Shown: piece by piece, positions 36,017 through 46,402 of the stretch | Layout of the letters: each line of letters begins with the position of its first letter | Numbering within the stretch: position 1 is the stretch's first letter | IMG/VR virus record: IMGVR_UViG_3300028591_000117 | Coordinates: 59,530 to 123,529 of that record | DNA length: 64,000 nucleotides | Source of the DNA: a virus | Taxonomy: Duplodnaviria > Caudoviricetes | Strand: one strand, 5' to 3' | Translations under genes and position numbers: made by a program | Notes under the pieces: model-generated | The model's input: only the letters and a program-made list of their open reading frames with translations | Told to the model about the DNA's origin: nothing | Databases searched by the model: none

Positions 36017-37843
36017 TTAAAAAACAATATTTCTACTTGTCGAAGCTTTTACATTATTTACTAATAAGCCATCTTTAGGATTTATATAAGTATATTCTTT
36101 TTTAATAGTATATTTTAAATCTGCAACAGCTTTATTTTCTGTATCTTCAACATAAGCTGTATTACCCATATTACCGATATTCTTAATCATATTTAAATCA
36201 GAAGTAAATACTCCATCTGAAATAGTATCTTTAATTGATAGTATAAAATAAGTTCCTGACATGTGATGATGTGTTGGTATTCCAGTATTATTTTTAGGTA
36301 ATAATACAATTTCAATATAACTTTGAGGAGTTAACTTATTAAAACCTGAAATTGTTGCACTTGCTCTATAAGCTAATTCAGATGCATCTTCAAATGTTTT
36401 AATTATCTTAGACTCAGCTATACTTTTATTTGAAGAAACTTTTGATGCTGGAGATATACTAACTACACCCCACTTAATATTATATCTACCTTCACTTGAT
36501 TTACTTTTAGCACTAACAGTTATTTTAGTTTCTTTACCATTAGCATCAGTTAAGTTTACTGAAGATATATCTGCTTGACTATTCTTATCAACATAAGTTC
36601 CTTGAGTTATCATTGAAGTCATTATATCTAATGAAGGAGAAAATGATATCATTCTACCTTTATTAGTTCCATCATCTTCAAATTGTCCATAATAAGTATA
36701 TTTAGGAGCATTTGTTACTTGAGCACTAGCATCTAATCTTGACATAGTAACAGTTCCTTTATTATTTCCACTACCTTCTTCAAAGCTTAAATAGAAGTTT
36801 GTATAGCTTTTATTATCTTTTTTCTGTACACATTTTGATAACAAATTATTGTATATAAATTCCATATAAGACTCTTTTACTTGTGTAAGCTCATCTTCAG
36901 ACCATACAGTATCATAGTTGCAGTTAAACTTACTATAACCCATACCAGAAAAACTACCTTGTTTTTCAAACCACTTCTTAATATAATACCATTCAGCTTC
37001 ACTTAAGTCATCATCATAAAAAGAAGTTCCTTTATAATCAGTATACTCTTTTTCAAGAATATCACTATATTTACCTCCACAACAAATTAATTTTATTAGT
37101 TTATGAGGTTTTACTGGTATTACATAACTTCCTTCTGATTTACTTATATTATCATCTTCATCATCTTGAGAAACTTCACCAGTCATTTTATTACTTTCAT
37201 TTTTTGCATAATTAGTGTCTCTTTTATATTTTTGTATATAATAGTTTCCTTCTTGGTCAATACTAATTAAATCTTTAGAAAAGATAGCATCTATTATTTC
37301 TTTATAGTCTGATAGTGAATTCCAGTTATCAGTAAAAACTGATTTCCAACCTACTCCAGATTTTTTAAAGAAATTTAAAAATCCTTGAAAGAACTGGTCT
37401 AGTCCTGAGTCTACACTATAATTTGCATCTAAGATATTTGCATTTGCATCTCCTAAAACTTGACTCATATTAAACTTAGGAACTACATTCCAAGAGAATG
37501 AGTATTTTTGATATTTATCTTTTATTCCAGAACCAACGAGACCTTTTATTGTTAACATGTTTCTATTGTTAATAAATGAACTACTAATCTTATAAGCAAA
37601 ACCAGCTAATGTCTTATATATATCAAGAGTATCATCAATATAACTTATTTGAATAAAGTTTTCTCCAGAAAGTAATGCTCCTTCTATTTCATAAGCATCA
37701 TCATCTAAAACACTTAATTCAAAGTTATCATTAACATCATTAGCAGTTCTCTCTACTACTAATTTACTAAAATTAGAATGAGTTACTACATACTCAGAAT
37801 TTCCAATAGTTACACAAATATTTGCAGTTTTTGGAGCAGCCAT
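36017..37843 (-). CDS. Baseplate hub (gp27/gpD-like)
   Basis: C-terminal A.ATI.G...L.P...I...SGTYFI..I.DTI..G.FTS.L; lies just before the spike gene. Confidence 0.7.
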   Translation of the reverse strand: MAAPKTANICVTIGNSEYVVTHSNFSKLVVERTANDVNDNFELSVLDDDAYEIEGALLSGENFIQISYIDDTLDIYKTLAGFAYKISSSFINNRNMLTIKGLVGSGIKDKYQKYSFSWNVVPKFNMSQVLGDANANILDANYSVDSGLDQFFQGFLNFFKKSGVGWKSVFTDNWNSLSDYKEIIDAIFSKDLISIDQEGNYYIQKYKRDTNYAKNESNKMTGEVSQDDEDDNISKSEGSYVIPVKPHKLIKLICCGGKYSDILEKEYTDYKGTSFYDDDLSEAEWYYIKKWFEKQGSFSGMGYSKFNCNYDTVWSEDELTQVKESYMEFIYNNLLSKCVQKKDNKSYTNFYLSFEEGSGNNKGTVTMSRLDASAQVTNAPKYTYYGQFEDDGTNKGRMISFSPSLDIMTSMITQGTYVDKNSQADISSVNLTDANGKETKITVSAKSKSSEGRYNIKWGVVSISPASKVSSNKSIAESKIIKTFEDASELAYRASATISGFNKLTPQSYIEIVLLPKNNTGIPTHHHMSGTYFILSIKDTISDGVFTSDLNMIKNIGNMGNTAYVEDTENKAVADLKYTIKKEYTYINPKDGLLVNNVKASTSRNIVF

Positions 37844-37846
37844 ATC

Positions 37847-38863
37847 TTACACCACCTTTATATGAATTTGTCTAATCTTACTAGAGTCAACTTCATATTT
37901 ATTTCCATCATATACAGGAACATATACTACAAAGTAAGTAACTATAGCTCCTTTATATAAAAGATAATTAGTATCTGTTGGTTGTGAATATAAATTTACT
38001 TTTTTAGAATTACATGCACAAGTTGATGTTCCAGTATTACTTATCTTTATATCACCTATAGAAACTGAAGTAGCTAAATCACTTCCATAAAAAGCTTTTA
38101 TAGTATACTTATTTGTATTACTAATTGCATATCCAGACTCTTTCCATAAACCACTACTAATAGCAGCTTCAATACTACCTGAGTTATTTGATATATTAAC
38201 ATTAGTACTTCCTATAAGAGTAAAATAACATTTATCATCTCTTGATGTAGTTATTGAATTTATATTAGCTGAACTTGAACCTGAGTAAGATTGACCAGAT
38301 GTTCTTGTATTTCTTAATACTTTAACTTTACTATTAGCTATCCATTTAGCATCTATATTTCTTACATCATTAATTATTTCCATAAAAGATAAACTAATAA
38401 TTGCAGACATACTACCATCATTAGCATATCTATCAGTTTTATATTCTATTCCACAGTTAGAACAAACTCCATCTAATTCTATATTAGAAGTTAATAGTCT
38501 ACAATGAGGACTTTCAACTCTACCTCCAGAAAGAGAATACTTAGGATATACTAAAGCTCTAAAAGCATTTAAGTAATCTTCAAAATCAGTAAAGTCAGAA
38601 TTAGGAGGTAAATAATCTAAAGGTAACTCAATAGAGAATGACACTTGTCTAGCTCCAGTCGCAGTATACGTTACTTGAGGAGCACTAGCACCAGGAATAG
38701 TTTGTTGATGGAATGAAGCTTGTACTGTATCTGACAAACTACTAGGACTAAATACAAATGGAATAATATGTCCTTTTATTCCAGCATCAATAGCATAATT
38801 AGTTATAGAACCTGAGAAATTTGATTGAAAACTTTTAGGATTTCCTTTTACTAAACCTTTCAT
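37847..38863 (-). CDS. Tail tube initiator-like protein
   Basis: F.FSPSSLSD...IPG.S.P...Y..TGARQVSFSI...LVYP.Y. Confidence 0.65.
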   Translation of the reverse strand: MKGLVKGNPKSFQSNFSGSITNYAIDAGIKGHIIPFVFSPSSLSDTVQASFHQQTIPGASAPQVTYTATGARQVSFSIELPLDYLPPNSDFTDFEDYLNAFRALVYPKYSLSGGRVESPHCRLLTSNIELDGVCSNCGIEYKTDRYANDGSMSAIISLSFMEIINDVRNIDAKWIANSKVKVLRNTRTSGQSYSGSSSANINSITTSRDDKCYFTLIGSTNVNISNNSGSIEAAISSGLWKESGYAISNTNKYTIKAFYGSDLATSVSIGDIKISNTGTSTCACNSKKVNLYSQPTDTNYLLYKGAIVTYFVVYVPVYDGNKYEVDSSKIRQIHIKVV

Positions 38864-38874
38864 ATTTTACCTCC

Positions 38875-41679
38875 TTAATATCTTAAAATACTTGAGCTTT
38901 TTCCAGAAGTAAGTATTCTTAATACTTCTTCTTGAGTATCTTGTCTTGTTGATAATTCTTCTAATTTTGCATTAAGACCTGCAAAACCTGTTGTAACTGC
39001 TTCTACAACATCATCATTTCCAGCACCAATACCTTTAGATTGATTTGAAAGAGTATCTGCAGAAATAACTGTTTGTAATAGTTTTTCTCCTTCTTTCGAC
39101 TCTTCTTGTTGAGCTAATAGAGCTGCTTGATTAATATACTTATCACCATTAGCTTCAAATAAACCAGATGTTGCATAAGGTAATGGATTTTTCCAGCTTC
39201 CAGAAATCTTAGTACCAAAGTGTAAGTGAGCTCCAGTAGAATAACCAGTATTTCCTGATAAACCTATCATTTCACCAGCATTAACTCTCTGTCCTTTTTG
39301 AACACCAACATGACTTAAATGCCAGAATTGATATAAAATTCCATTATCACCTAGCAAATAAATACCAGAACCTGCACCTTTAGGTCCTTTAGGAAATGTG
39401 TTTCTATTATCAACTTGAGTACTAGATACTACTCCACTAACTGGAGCACCTATAGGAGTTCCAGTTCTTATACCAAAGTCAACACCATTATGATGACTCT
39501 TATCTCCATTACTTAAAGTTCTAGGTCCAAATGGAGAAGTTATATGCCAAGGAAAACCACCAGCAGCTCCCATTCCATTAGTAGAACCTGTAGGAATATG
39601 AATATCTGGAGCAGCTCCTTCACCAGTATCTTTTCTTCTTCCAAATATATCATCTATACCATTAGCAATACGTTCTCCACCAATTCCACCAGTAATTCCA
39701 CCAGCTACTAAACCAATTAAACCACCAATTACCCAACCAGCAACATTACCAATTCCTGGAAAGATAGAACCTATAGCAGCTCCAGCAAGAGCATATTTAC
39801 CAGCATTCTTAAGAGTTCTTGATAAACCATTTTCATCAGTTCCACCAATGAAACCTCCAATTGCAGCTGCAGTTTTACCTGTACCCCATTTATCAGCATT
39901 ACTAGCTCCATTGCTTGCATCATTAACAAACATAGCTAAACTAGCAACTCCAGCAGCTATCGCTACTAATGGACTTAAACTAGTTCCAAGAACAGCTTGA
40001 ATTCCTTTTGGATTTGTTCCATCTAAGCTTGGAGCCATCTTATTAGTATTAAATGCAATAGTTTTTAAGAAAGCTCCGATAATCTTCATTGTAGCAGGTA
40101 GTTTAGTTAGTAACTCAACTGTTGCTAAAGCATAATAAACATTTTGAAGAGTTAATACTTGACTAAATGGTAGTAAAGATAATATATTACTTCCAGCATT
40201 AATTATTTTATCTGACCAATCTTGATTAAACTCTCTTATTGTTTCTGCTATATCTTTAGAAGCACTATTTATATCAGACATAGATTTATTTACATTCTCC
40301 ATAGAACCTGTAGCATTCGCAAGAGCCATTACATTATTATCAGCTCCTAAAGCATTTGCAGCATAAATATTACTTCCAGCTACTCTAGTTGCATTACTAC
40401 CTCTGACTGATTGTATTATAAGTTTAACAGCTTCATCCATCTGACCACTTTGTGCATATTGAACTATTTGATTATAATTTCCAGATATAAAACCATTTGT
40501 CAAATATCTATTTCCTGATGGATTATTCATAATCTCAGTTAATATATTCATAGCAGCATCTGAAGCTGATTTACCATATTCTTTAGTAACTGCTGCTTGT
40601 ATTTTAAATAATTGCTGCATTACACGTCCATCTCCTCCTAAGAAAACAGACATATCAGTTAAACTAGCAGCTTGGTTAGCCATCTGATTTAATTGGTCTT
40701 TACTAACACCTAGCTGAGCATTCATAATCTGAACCATAGTCTCATTAGTTTGAGTTAACAAGTTCATATTATTAGTATCTCTAGCAACTTTTAAAATCTT
40801 AGCTTGAGTTTCTGTAGTTAAACCTAAATACTTAGTTCCTTGAATTACTGCAAGATACTGTTGTTCAGCCATCTCTTGACTAGTAATATTTAAATCACCT
40901 AACTTATTTAAATAATCAGCTGTATCTTTCCATCCAAAATTAAAGAAATTATCTGACTTAGCTAATTGTTTAGTTAAGTCTAACTTAAATCTATTAAATT
41001 CAGAATTAGATAAACCTAGTTGAGCACTTGTATTTCTATATACATTATACATACTGGCTGAATTACCTTTATCAAATAAACCTGATGAAATATCTCCTAC
41101 TCCTTTAATAACTGATAGTTTTCCAATTTCATCTTTAAGATTATGAATTCCTTCAGTAAAAGCAGTTAATTGACTTTTAGAAGCTTCTTTATTAGTTTCA
41201 ATCATTTCATTAGCTTGTTTTAATAAAGAATTATATTCTTTTTGTCTCTCTATAGACTCATCATCTAATTTTTTAATAGCCGCTTTCTTTTCAGCTTGGT
41301 CTTCAATATTCTTAACTTCTCTTAGTCCAGCAGCATATTGAACATCAGATAATTGTTCAGTTGTTTTAAAAATCTCTTGTAAGTTTTTTAAATACTTCTC
41401 ATAATCATTATCTTTTCTAAGTTGAAATTCTTCTTGTTCTTTTAGTAATAAATTAGCATCTCTTAATTTCTTTCGCTCACTCTCATGAAGGTCATTTATT
41501 TTTTCAAGAGCTTCAATTTGTTCACGAAGCATTTTTATATATTCTTCTCCGCCACCATTTTGAATATTCCTGATATCTTCTCTTCTTTGAGCTCTTGCAG
41601 ATGATATACTACTTAAAGAACCAGGTTTATAACTTTCAGAGTTTTCAACACTAAAAGAGGTATTTCTATCTATAGCCAT
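38875..41679 (-). CDS. Tape measure protein with C-terminal M23 peptidase
   Basis: Long helical region, Gly/Ala-rich hydrophobic stretch, then ITSPFGPR, HNGVDF, HLS, TGYSTGAHLHF. Confidence 0.88.
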   Translation of the reverse strand: MAIDRNTSFSVENSESYKPGSLSSISSARAQRREDIRNIQNGGGEEYIKMLREQIEALEKINDLHESERKKLRDANLLLKEQEEFQLRKDNDYEKYLKNLQEIFKTTEQLSDVQYAAGLREVKNIEDQAEKKAAIKKLDDESIERQKEYNSLLKQANEMIETNKEASKSQLTAFTEGIHNLKDEIGKLSVIKGVGDISSGLFDKGNSASMYNVYRNTSAQLGLSNSEFNRFKLDLTKQLAKSDNFFNFGWKDTADYLNKLGDLNITSQEMAEQQYLAVIQGTKYLGLTTETQAKILKVARDTNNMNLLTQTNETMVQIMNAQLGVSKDQLNQMANQAASLTDMSVFLGGDGRVMQQLFKIQAAVTKEYGKSASDAAMNILTEIMNNPSGNRYLTNGFISGNYNQIVQYAQSGQMDEAVKLIIQSVRGSNATRVAGSNIYAANALGADNNVMALANATGSMENVNKSMSDINSASKDIAETIREFNQDWSDKIINAGSNILSLLPFSQVLTLQNVYYALATVELLTKLPATMKIIGAFLKTIAFNTNKMAPSLDGTNPKGIQAVLGTSLSPLVAIAAGVASLAMFVNDASNGASNADKWGTGKTAAAIGGFIGGTDENGLSRTLKNAGKYALAGAAIGSIFPGIGNVAGWVIGGLIGLVAGGITGGIGGERIANGIDDIFGRRKDTGEGAAPDIHIPTGSTNGMGAAGGFPWHITSPFGPRTLSNGDKSHHNGVDFGIRTGTPIGAPVSGVVSSTQVDNRNTFPKGPKGAGSGIYLLGDNGILYQFWHLSHVGVQKGQRVNAGEMIGLSGNTGYSTGAHLHFGTKISGSWKNPLPYATSGLFEANGDKYINQAALLAQQEESKEGEKLLQTVISADTLSNQSKGIGAGNDDVVEAVTTGFAGLNAKLEELSTRQDTQEEVLRILTSGKSSSILRY

Positions 41680-41710
41680 AATTAATTCACCTCCTATAAT
41701 TTAAATTAGT

Positions 41711-41742
41711 TGTCCAGAGTCATTTGGAGATACTTCTGGACA
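41711..41742. repeat. CCAGA/TCTGG-family palindrome
   Basis: TGTCCAGA-N16-TCTGGACA; its reverse complement closely resembles 12699-12734. Confidence 0.75.
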
Positions 41743-41783
41743 TCGTTTTAATATAAATTAATAATTTATATTATCTTTTATTT

Positions 41784-42020
41784 TTATTTACCAGATATAG
41801 CTTCTTTATTTTTCTTATTCTTCATCTCAATAAAGTTAGAATAAGAAGTAATTAAATCTTCTCTTTCGTAATACGGTATGGAGTCTGTATACGAAAAAGA
41901 AACTCCTTGCTCTTGTAAGAAAATTTGTGAGTCTATAACGTTATAATAACGATTTATATTTGCTTCTATAAATTCTTTCAAGTCAGAAGTTTCTATTAAT
42001 TCTATATTAGAAAGAACGAA
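41784..42020 (-). CDS. C-terminal extension of the tail assembly chaperone, probably reached by a +1 frameshift
   Basis: The track ORF starts at TTG with no RBS, but its frame is open back through TTC TTT CGT at the end of the chaperone gene. Confidence 0.6.
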   Translation of the reverse strand, partial: FVLSNIELIETSDLKEFIEANINRYYNVIDSQIFLQEQGVSFSYTDSIPYYEREDLITSYSNFIEMKNKKNKEAISGK

Positions 42021-42732
42021 AGAACTCAGGCACTGCCATGCCTTGTACCTCTACTTCCTCTCCACAATTCTTACATACTCTTGTATTTGTTGTATCTAGA
42101 CCAATATGAATATTTGATAAAGCTCTTTTTATTTCATTAAAGTCTTTCAAATTTAAATTGTCTAGATAATCAATAACTTCTCTAATTTCTTTTTCTTCAC
42201 CATTAATTGTTTCTACTAACTTAGCAAATCGATAAGTATATTCATAACCTTCTGGGTCTTGTAACTTATTCTCTTTAGTAAGTCTTTTAATAGTTCTACT
42301 AATTTCATCCATATCTCCATTAGAGATTAATTTAATTTTAATAGTATCTCCACAAATAGGTAAAGTAAATTTTGAATATTTTTCTAGTTCATCAAAATCA
42401 AGTAAGTATGTAGTCATTTCAGTTATATCTATCTCTATATCTTGCTTATGATTGCAGTAAGGACACTGCATTGCTTGTTTATATGTAGGACCGAATGTCA
42501 TTTCTCTTATCATATATAATAGATAAGTAATATCTGATGAATGTAACTCATCTAAGTTACAATCTGCAGGTTCTACAATGCATGACTTAACTATCTTATT
42601 TAAAAATGAATTATCTCTAGCAGTATAAATCATTTTCTCCTCTTTGGTAGTCATTGGTCTAACTGTTACTTTCTTAGGTCCTCCAAATAAACCTTGAGAA
42701 GGTAACTCAAAATCTTTTGTAAGTGTTTCCAT
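42007..42732 (-). CDS. Tail/baseplate assembly chaperone (T4 gp26-like)
   Basis: ELPSQG, VRPMTTKEEK, D..YLL..IR..TFG, CPYC, C..CG, EFFR; lies between tube and tape measure. Confidence 0.85.
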   Translation of the reverse strand: METLTKDFELPSQGLFGGPKKVTVRPMTTKEEKMIYTARDNSFLNKIVKSCIVEPADCNLDELHSSDITYLLYMIREMTFGPTYKQAMQCPYCNHKQDIEIDITEMTTYLLDFDELEKYSKFTLPICGDTIKIKLISNGDMDEISRTIKRLTKENKLQDPEGYEYTYRFAKLVETINGEEKEIREVIDYLDNLNLKDFNEIKRALSNIHIGLDTTNTRVCKNCGEEVEVQGMAVPEFFRSF

Positions 42733-42779
42733 AAATCTTCCTCCTTAATAAATCTTTAAATTATATTACTTACATATTT

Positions 42780-42814
42780 AATATATAAAAAAAGAACTAA
42801 TAACTTAGTTCTTT
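42780..42814 (-). terminator. Terminator after the tube gene, fused to TTATATATT
   Basis: AAAGAACTAA-GTTA-TTAGTTCTTTTTTT then ATATATT. Confidence 0.8.
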
Positions 42815-42822
42815 ATTATTAA

Positions 42823-43362
42823 CTATCGAGTAGCTTCTGGAGCAAAATCATCAATATCATGTCTATATGCTTTATCATAAGTAATAGTAGCAGTAATTTG
42901 TTTTTCTCCAGCTTCATTATAAGTTAAGTCTCCATATTCAACTGAAGATGGCCAGCATCCAATAACGTCCCATTCACGAACAATATCTCCTGAAGGAGAA
43001 AACTCACGAACTTTAGCATTGCATTTAAAATCTTCAGCATATCCAACTTTACCAGTTTTAGGATTATAAACTCTTAATCTCCATGTCATAAATTGTTTTT
43101 CAGTATCATAATTGATAGCATCTTTAATGACTAACTGTGAAGTTTCAAAATTAGTCTTACCAGGAAGATTTACAGAGTCATTCCAGAAATTAGCTTTAAA
43201 AGTATCAGTACTTTCTTTAGGTAAAGCAAAGCTTGTAACTAAGAATGATAAACCATTATTAATCATGCTAGAGTCAAAAGTTATTTCAAAGTGATTTTGT
43301 CTTTGAATTTGAAACTCTCTTTGGTTGAAACGAGTAGCAGTTATATTAGTAGGTAATGCCAT
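42823..43362 (-). CDS. Tail tube protein (T4 gp19-like)
   Basis: QRQNHFEI, LPGK, W...YNPKTG..G...FK, W...GCWP.SV.YGDL.Y, TITYD. Confidence 0.9.
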   Translation of the reverse strand: MALPTNITATRFNQREFQIQRQNHFEITFDSSMINNGLSFLVTSFALPKESTDTFKANFWNDSVNLPGKTNFETSQLVIKDAINYDTEKQFMTWRLRVYNPKTGKVGYAEDFKCNAKVREFSPSGDIVREWDVIGCWPSSVEYGDLTYNEAGEKQITATITYDKAYRHDIDDFAPEATR

Positions 43363-43383
43363 ACTTAATCATCCTCCTTTAAA

Positions 43384-44841
43384 TTAGACCTCTGAGGTCA
43401 ATACAAAGTCTATATCAATAAACTCAGCGACCTCAGTAGGTTTAACACTAATTTGTCCAATTAAATAATTTTCAGCAATTGTAGCTTCAGTATTATTTTC
43501 TTCATCCATCTTATATCTATAATCAATTATACCTTGATTTGTTTTAATATCTTCAAGTAAAGAACTAACTCTTAAGCCCCAATTTGTAAATGTATTTTCA
43601 TTTATAGGTTCAAATAAGAACTCAGTTGAAATATTATAAACTTCTCTATAAACATATTTAACTAATCTTGCAATATTAATTCTGTCCATATATACCTTAT
43701 CAGTAGCTGTTGTTTTTTGACCCCAAACTACATAACCTGTATTAGGAACATATTTAATAACATTAATAGGAATTAGGTTGTCATATAAATCTGACATTTC
43801 TTCTTCAGTTAAATTTCCAGGAACATTTAGTTCTGTAACTAAAGATAAAGTTCCACGATTAACTCCAGCAGGACTTAACCATTTATTAATATTATCATTT
43901 CTTGCATAAGCTGTTAGTACAGCAACAGATGCAGGAATAACAGTATCAAAATTAGCATATTTTACGTTAGGCCAGTAAACAGCTAAACTTTCAGATTTAG
44001 GATATGTAACAACTTCAGTAATTGCTGTAGAAAATTCAGAAGCACTTGGTGAAGCTAAATACATAAATCCAAACTCTTCAGCAGCTTTAACTCCTGCTGT
44101 AATAACTTCAGTACTAGTAAACTCTGGAGCAACTAATACATCAATTTGAATATCTGAAGCAGCATACTCATTAATAGCAGCAATAACATCATTATTTTGA
44201 ATTCCAGTTAAACCACTATCACCTTCAGAAACAGCACATACTTTTTCAGCTCCAATAACTGGTTTAGCATCTGTTTCAACTTTATTTACATATAAGTTAG
44301 TAGCTTTAAATCCTAAACTCATAGCATTAATACTATTTACTATAACATCTAATGCTTCAGAAATAGTAACTGCAGTAGCCGTTGATAAATCAATTGTTTG
44401 TTTAACTGATGTAACTGTACTTGAGTTAATTACTGTTGTTACAAATAACTTCTTAGTCTCCTCATCATAAACTAATTTTAATTCAGTACCGTTGAATGAA
44501 GCTGTTTTATAAGTTGTTTTAAAACTTAGTAAATCGATGTCATTATTTTCAGCATCTTTAACAGTAAGTTTTGCAGTACCATAAGCAGCACTTGAGCTAG
44601 CAACACGAGTAACATAAATAAAACTGTAAGTTCTTAAGTATGATTGAATTGCGTAAGCTGCTGGAGTATCTGCTGTTCCTTTACCAAATTTAGCTATAAA
44701 TTCAGACTCAGAACGAATAATTTGTCTTGTACCAATATCACCTGACATCGTTTTCATAATTATTACTGGTACAAAGTCTACACTAGTAGTGTAATATCTA
44801 GTAGTGTCCTCTGATACACTTAATTTTACTCTTGGTATCAT
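43384..44841 (-). CDS. Tail sheath protein (gp18-like)
   Basis: EF..KFG, W.SPAG.NRG, INVI, VWGQKT, RINIARL, FLFEP.N, VKPT.VAEFI. Confidence 0.95.
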   Translation of the reverse strand: MIPRVKLSVSEDTTRYYTTSVDFVPVIIMKTMSGDIGTRQIIRSESEFIAKFGKGTADTPAAYAIQSYLRTYSFIYVTRVASSSAAYGTAKLTVKDAENNDIDLLSFKTTYKTASFNGTELKLVYDEETKKLFVTTVINSSTVTSVKQTIDLSTATAVTISEALDVIVNSINAMSLGFKATNLYVNKVETDAKPVIGAEKVCAVSEGDSGLTGIQNNDVIAAINEYAASDIQIDVLVAPEFTSTEVITAGVKAAEEFGFMYLASPSASEFSTAITEVVTYPKSESLAVYWPNVKYANFDTVIPASVAVLTAYARNDNINKWLSPAGVNRGTLSLVTELNVPGNLTEEEMSDLYDNLIPINVIKYVPNTGYVVWGQKTTATDKVYMDRINIARLVKYVYREVYNISTEFLFEPINENTFTNWGLRVSSLLEDIKTNQGIIDYRYKMDEENNTEATIAENYLIGQISVKPTEVAEFIDIDFVLTSEV

Positions 44842-45497
44842 TCTTTTACCTCCTTAACTTTCTTATTGTTTTCACTTGATATTAGATAATCTATATCAAT
44901 TTTTGGTTTGTGAACTGTGAAGTAGTTCTCAGTTCTAAAAATTGCTGTAGATAGTAGTATATTAGTCGTATATCTATATATTTTGCCATTACTTTCATAA
45001 TTAACCAAATCAGTATTATCTTGTATATTATTTCCTACAGTAAAGGTAAACGTTAATGGTTGACCATAAAAGGTTACAGACAATTCTTGATTTTCATAAA
45101 ACCAGAACATAAGTTCACGTGTTACTTCCTCAGCAGTTTGTCTGTCTACTGCCCAAACATCAACTTGATATTCTATATTTATATATAGTGATTTTACATT
45201 TTTAGCTACTTTATCATCAGATTTTAAGTAGTTTCCATACTCATCGAAGACTGGAGCTTGAGTAAGCATAGGACTTCCTATATGATAACTAGGAAAACTA
45301 TTTTTACTATTTTCAAACTCAATTGTAGGAGTAGGATATAAAGATATAAATGGAAATTGCATTTTTCCTTTAACTTGTTTTATAGCATTATCATAAGCAG
45401 CATCAACATCTTCTAAAACAACTTGTCCAGAAAATGCTGATTTAATTAATCTTCTAACAGCTTCATGATAAATACTAAAGTTAGATGACATATTCAT
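44838..45497 (-). CDS. Tail completion/terminator-like protein
   Basis: FPFISL...YQVDVW...; immediately upstream of the sheath gene. Confidence 0.6.
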   Translation of the reverse strand: MNMSSNFSIYHEAVRRLIKSAFSGQVVLEDVDAAYDNAIKQVKGKMQFPFISLYPTPTIEFENSKNSFPSYHIGSPMLTQAPVFDEYGNYLKSDDKVAKNVKSLYINIEYQVDVWAVDRQTAEEVTRELMFWFYENQELSVTFYGQPLTFTFTVGNNIQDNTDLVNYESNGKIYRYTTNILLSTAIFRTENYFTVHKPKIDIDYLISSENNKKVKEVKE

Positions 45498-45801
45498 AAC
45501 CTTTAACCTCCTTTAAAATCTTTCTAGTAGAATAAGTAATAATATGATATGACTTATTATTTTGAGTACCGTATTCTAAAGCTCTTAATATTTGACCATT
45601 AAGACCAGTTGTAGGACAAAAAATTGAAGTTCCAACAAGTGATATAGACTCAATTGCTTCCATAATCTGGTCTTCATCAAATAAAGATAAAATTCCTTTG
45701 AGTAAATGTTTATAAGCTTTATAAGTTTGTTTTATCTCATGTTTTATTAATCTTAGATAAACTAGCCTGTTATAAACCATACTAAGACTTGTTATTATCA
45801 T
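45481..45801 (-). CDS. Hypothetical neck-region protein
   Basis: LRALEYGT motif; start moved to ATG 45801 (RBS GGAG). Confidence 0.6.
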   Translation of the reverse strand: MIITSLSMVYNRLVYLRLIKHEIKQTYKAYKHLLKGILSLFDEDQIMEAIESISLVGTSIFCPTTGLNGQILRALEYGTQNNKSYHIITYSTRKILKEVKGYEYVI

Positions 45802-46387
45802 CTTTACTCCAATAATCATCTTTAGTTCTATACTCATCTGTATATGTAATATCTCTTTTAAACCATTTATTTTCATTAATAGGGTCTTCAGAAGAATTTA
45901 GTTCAGAATAAGGTATAGCACGTTCTCTATGTGGTACTAAATTACAAATAAACATATTCATTTCAAAATCTACTTTAGCAGCTAAAATATCAAATTTGTT
46001 TGCAACGTATTTCATTTCATGAGGAGTCTGTCTTGCAGAAACCTCTAGGATGGCTCCTTCAGAAGGATAAATATCATTTCCTTCACTATCTTGAAAAGTT
46101 AAATAACACAAAATTGGTTTAGATTGCTTATCTTCTGGGTTCCATCCTATCTTTTGAAGATGTTTTTGTCTAGGATTTTCTATTAAATAGTAGCTTACTT
46201 CAACTGGCTTTTTATGAGTATAATATGAGTCAGTACCAATATTCTTAGTTAACTCGTCATCAACTTGGTATAGAAAACCAGTTCTACCTATTTGATTAGC
46301 TCCTTCAACAAAGTTTCTTCTATAATATTCTATTTCTCTTTCAGAAGGGTATAAACTACCTCTTGTCTTCCTTCTAGGTTTAGACAT
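45782..46387 (-). CDS. Putative head-closure/neck protein (gp14-like position)
   Basis: Position in the neck block; weak motif support only. Confidence 0.5.
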   Translation of the reverse strand: MSKPRRKTRGSLYPSEREIEYYRRNFVEGANQIGRTGFLYQVDDELTKNIGTDSYYTHKKPVEVSYYLIENPRQKHLQKIGWNPEDKQSKPILCYLTFQDSEGNDIYPSEGAILEVSARQTPHEMKYVANKFDILAAKVDFEMNMFICNLVPHRERAIPYSELNSSEDPINENKWFKRDITYTDEYRTKDDYWSKDDNNKS

Positions 46388-46402
46388 AAGATTAGCACCT
46401 CC

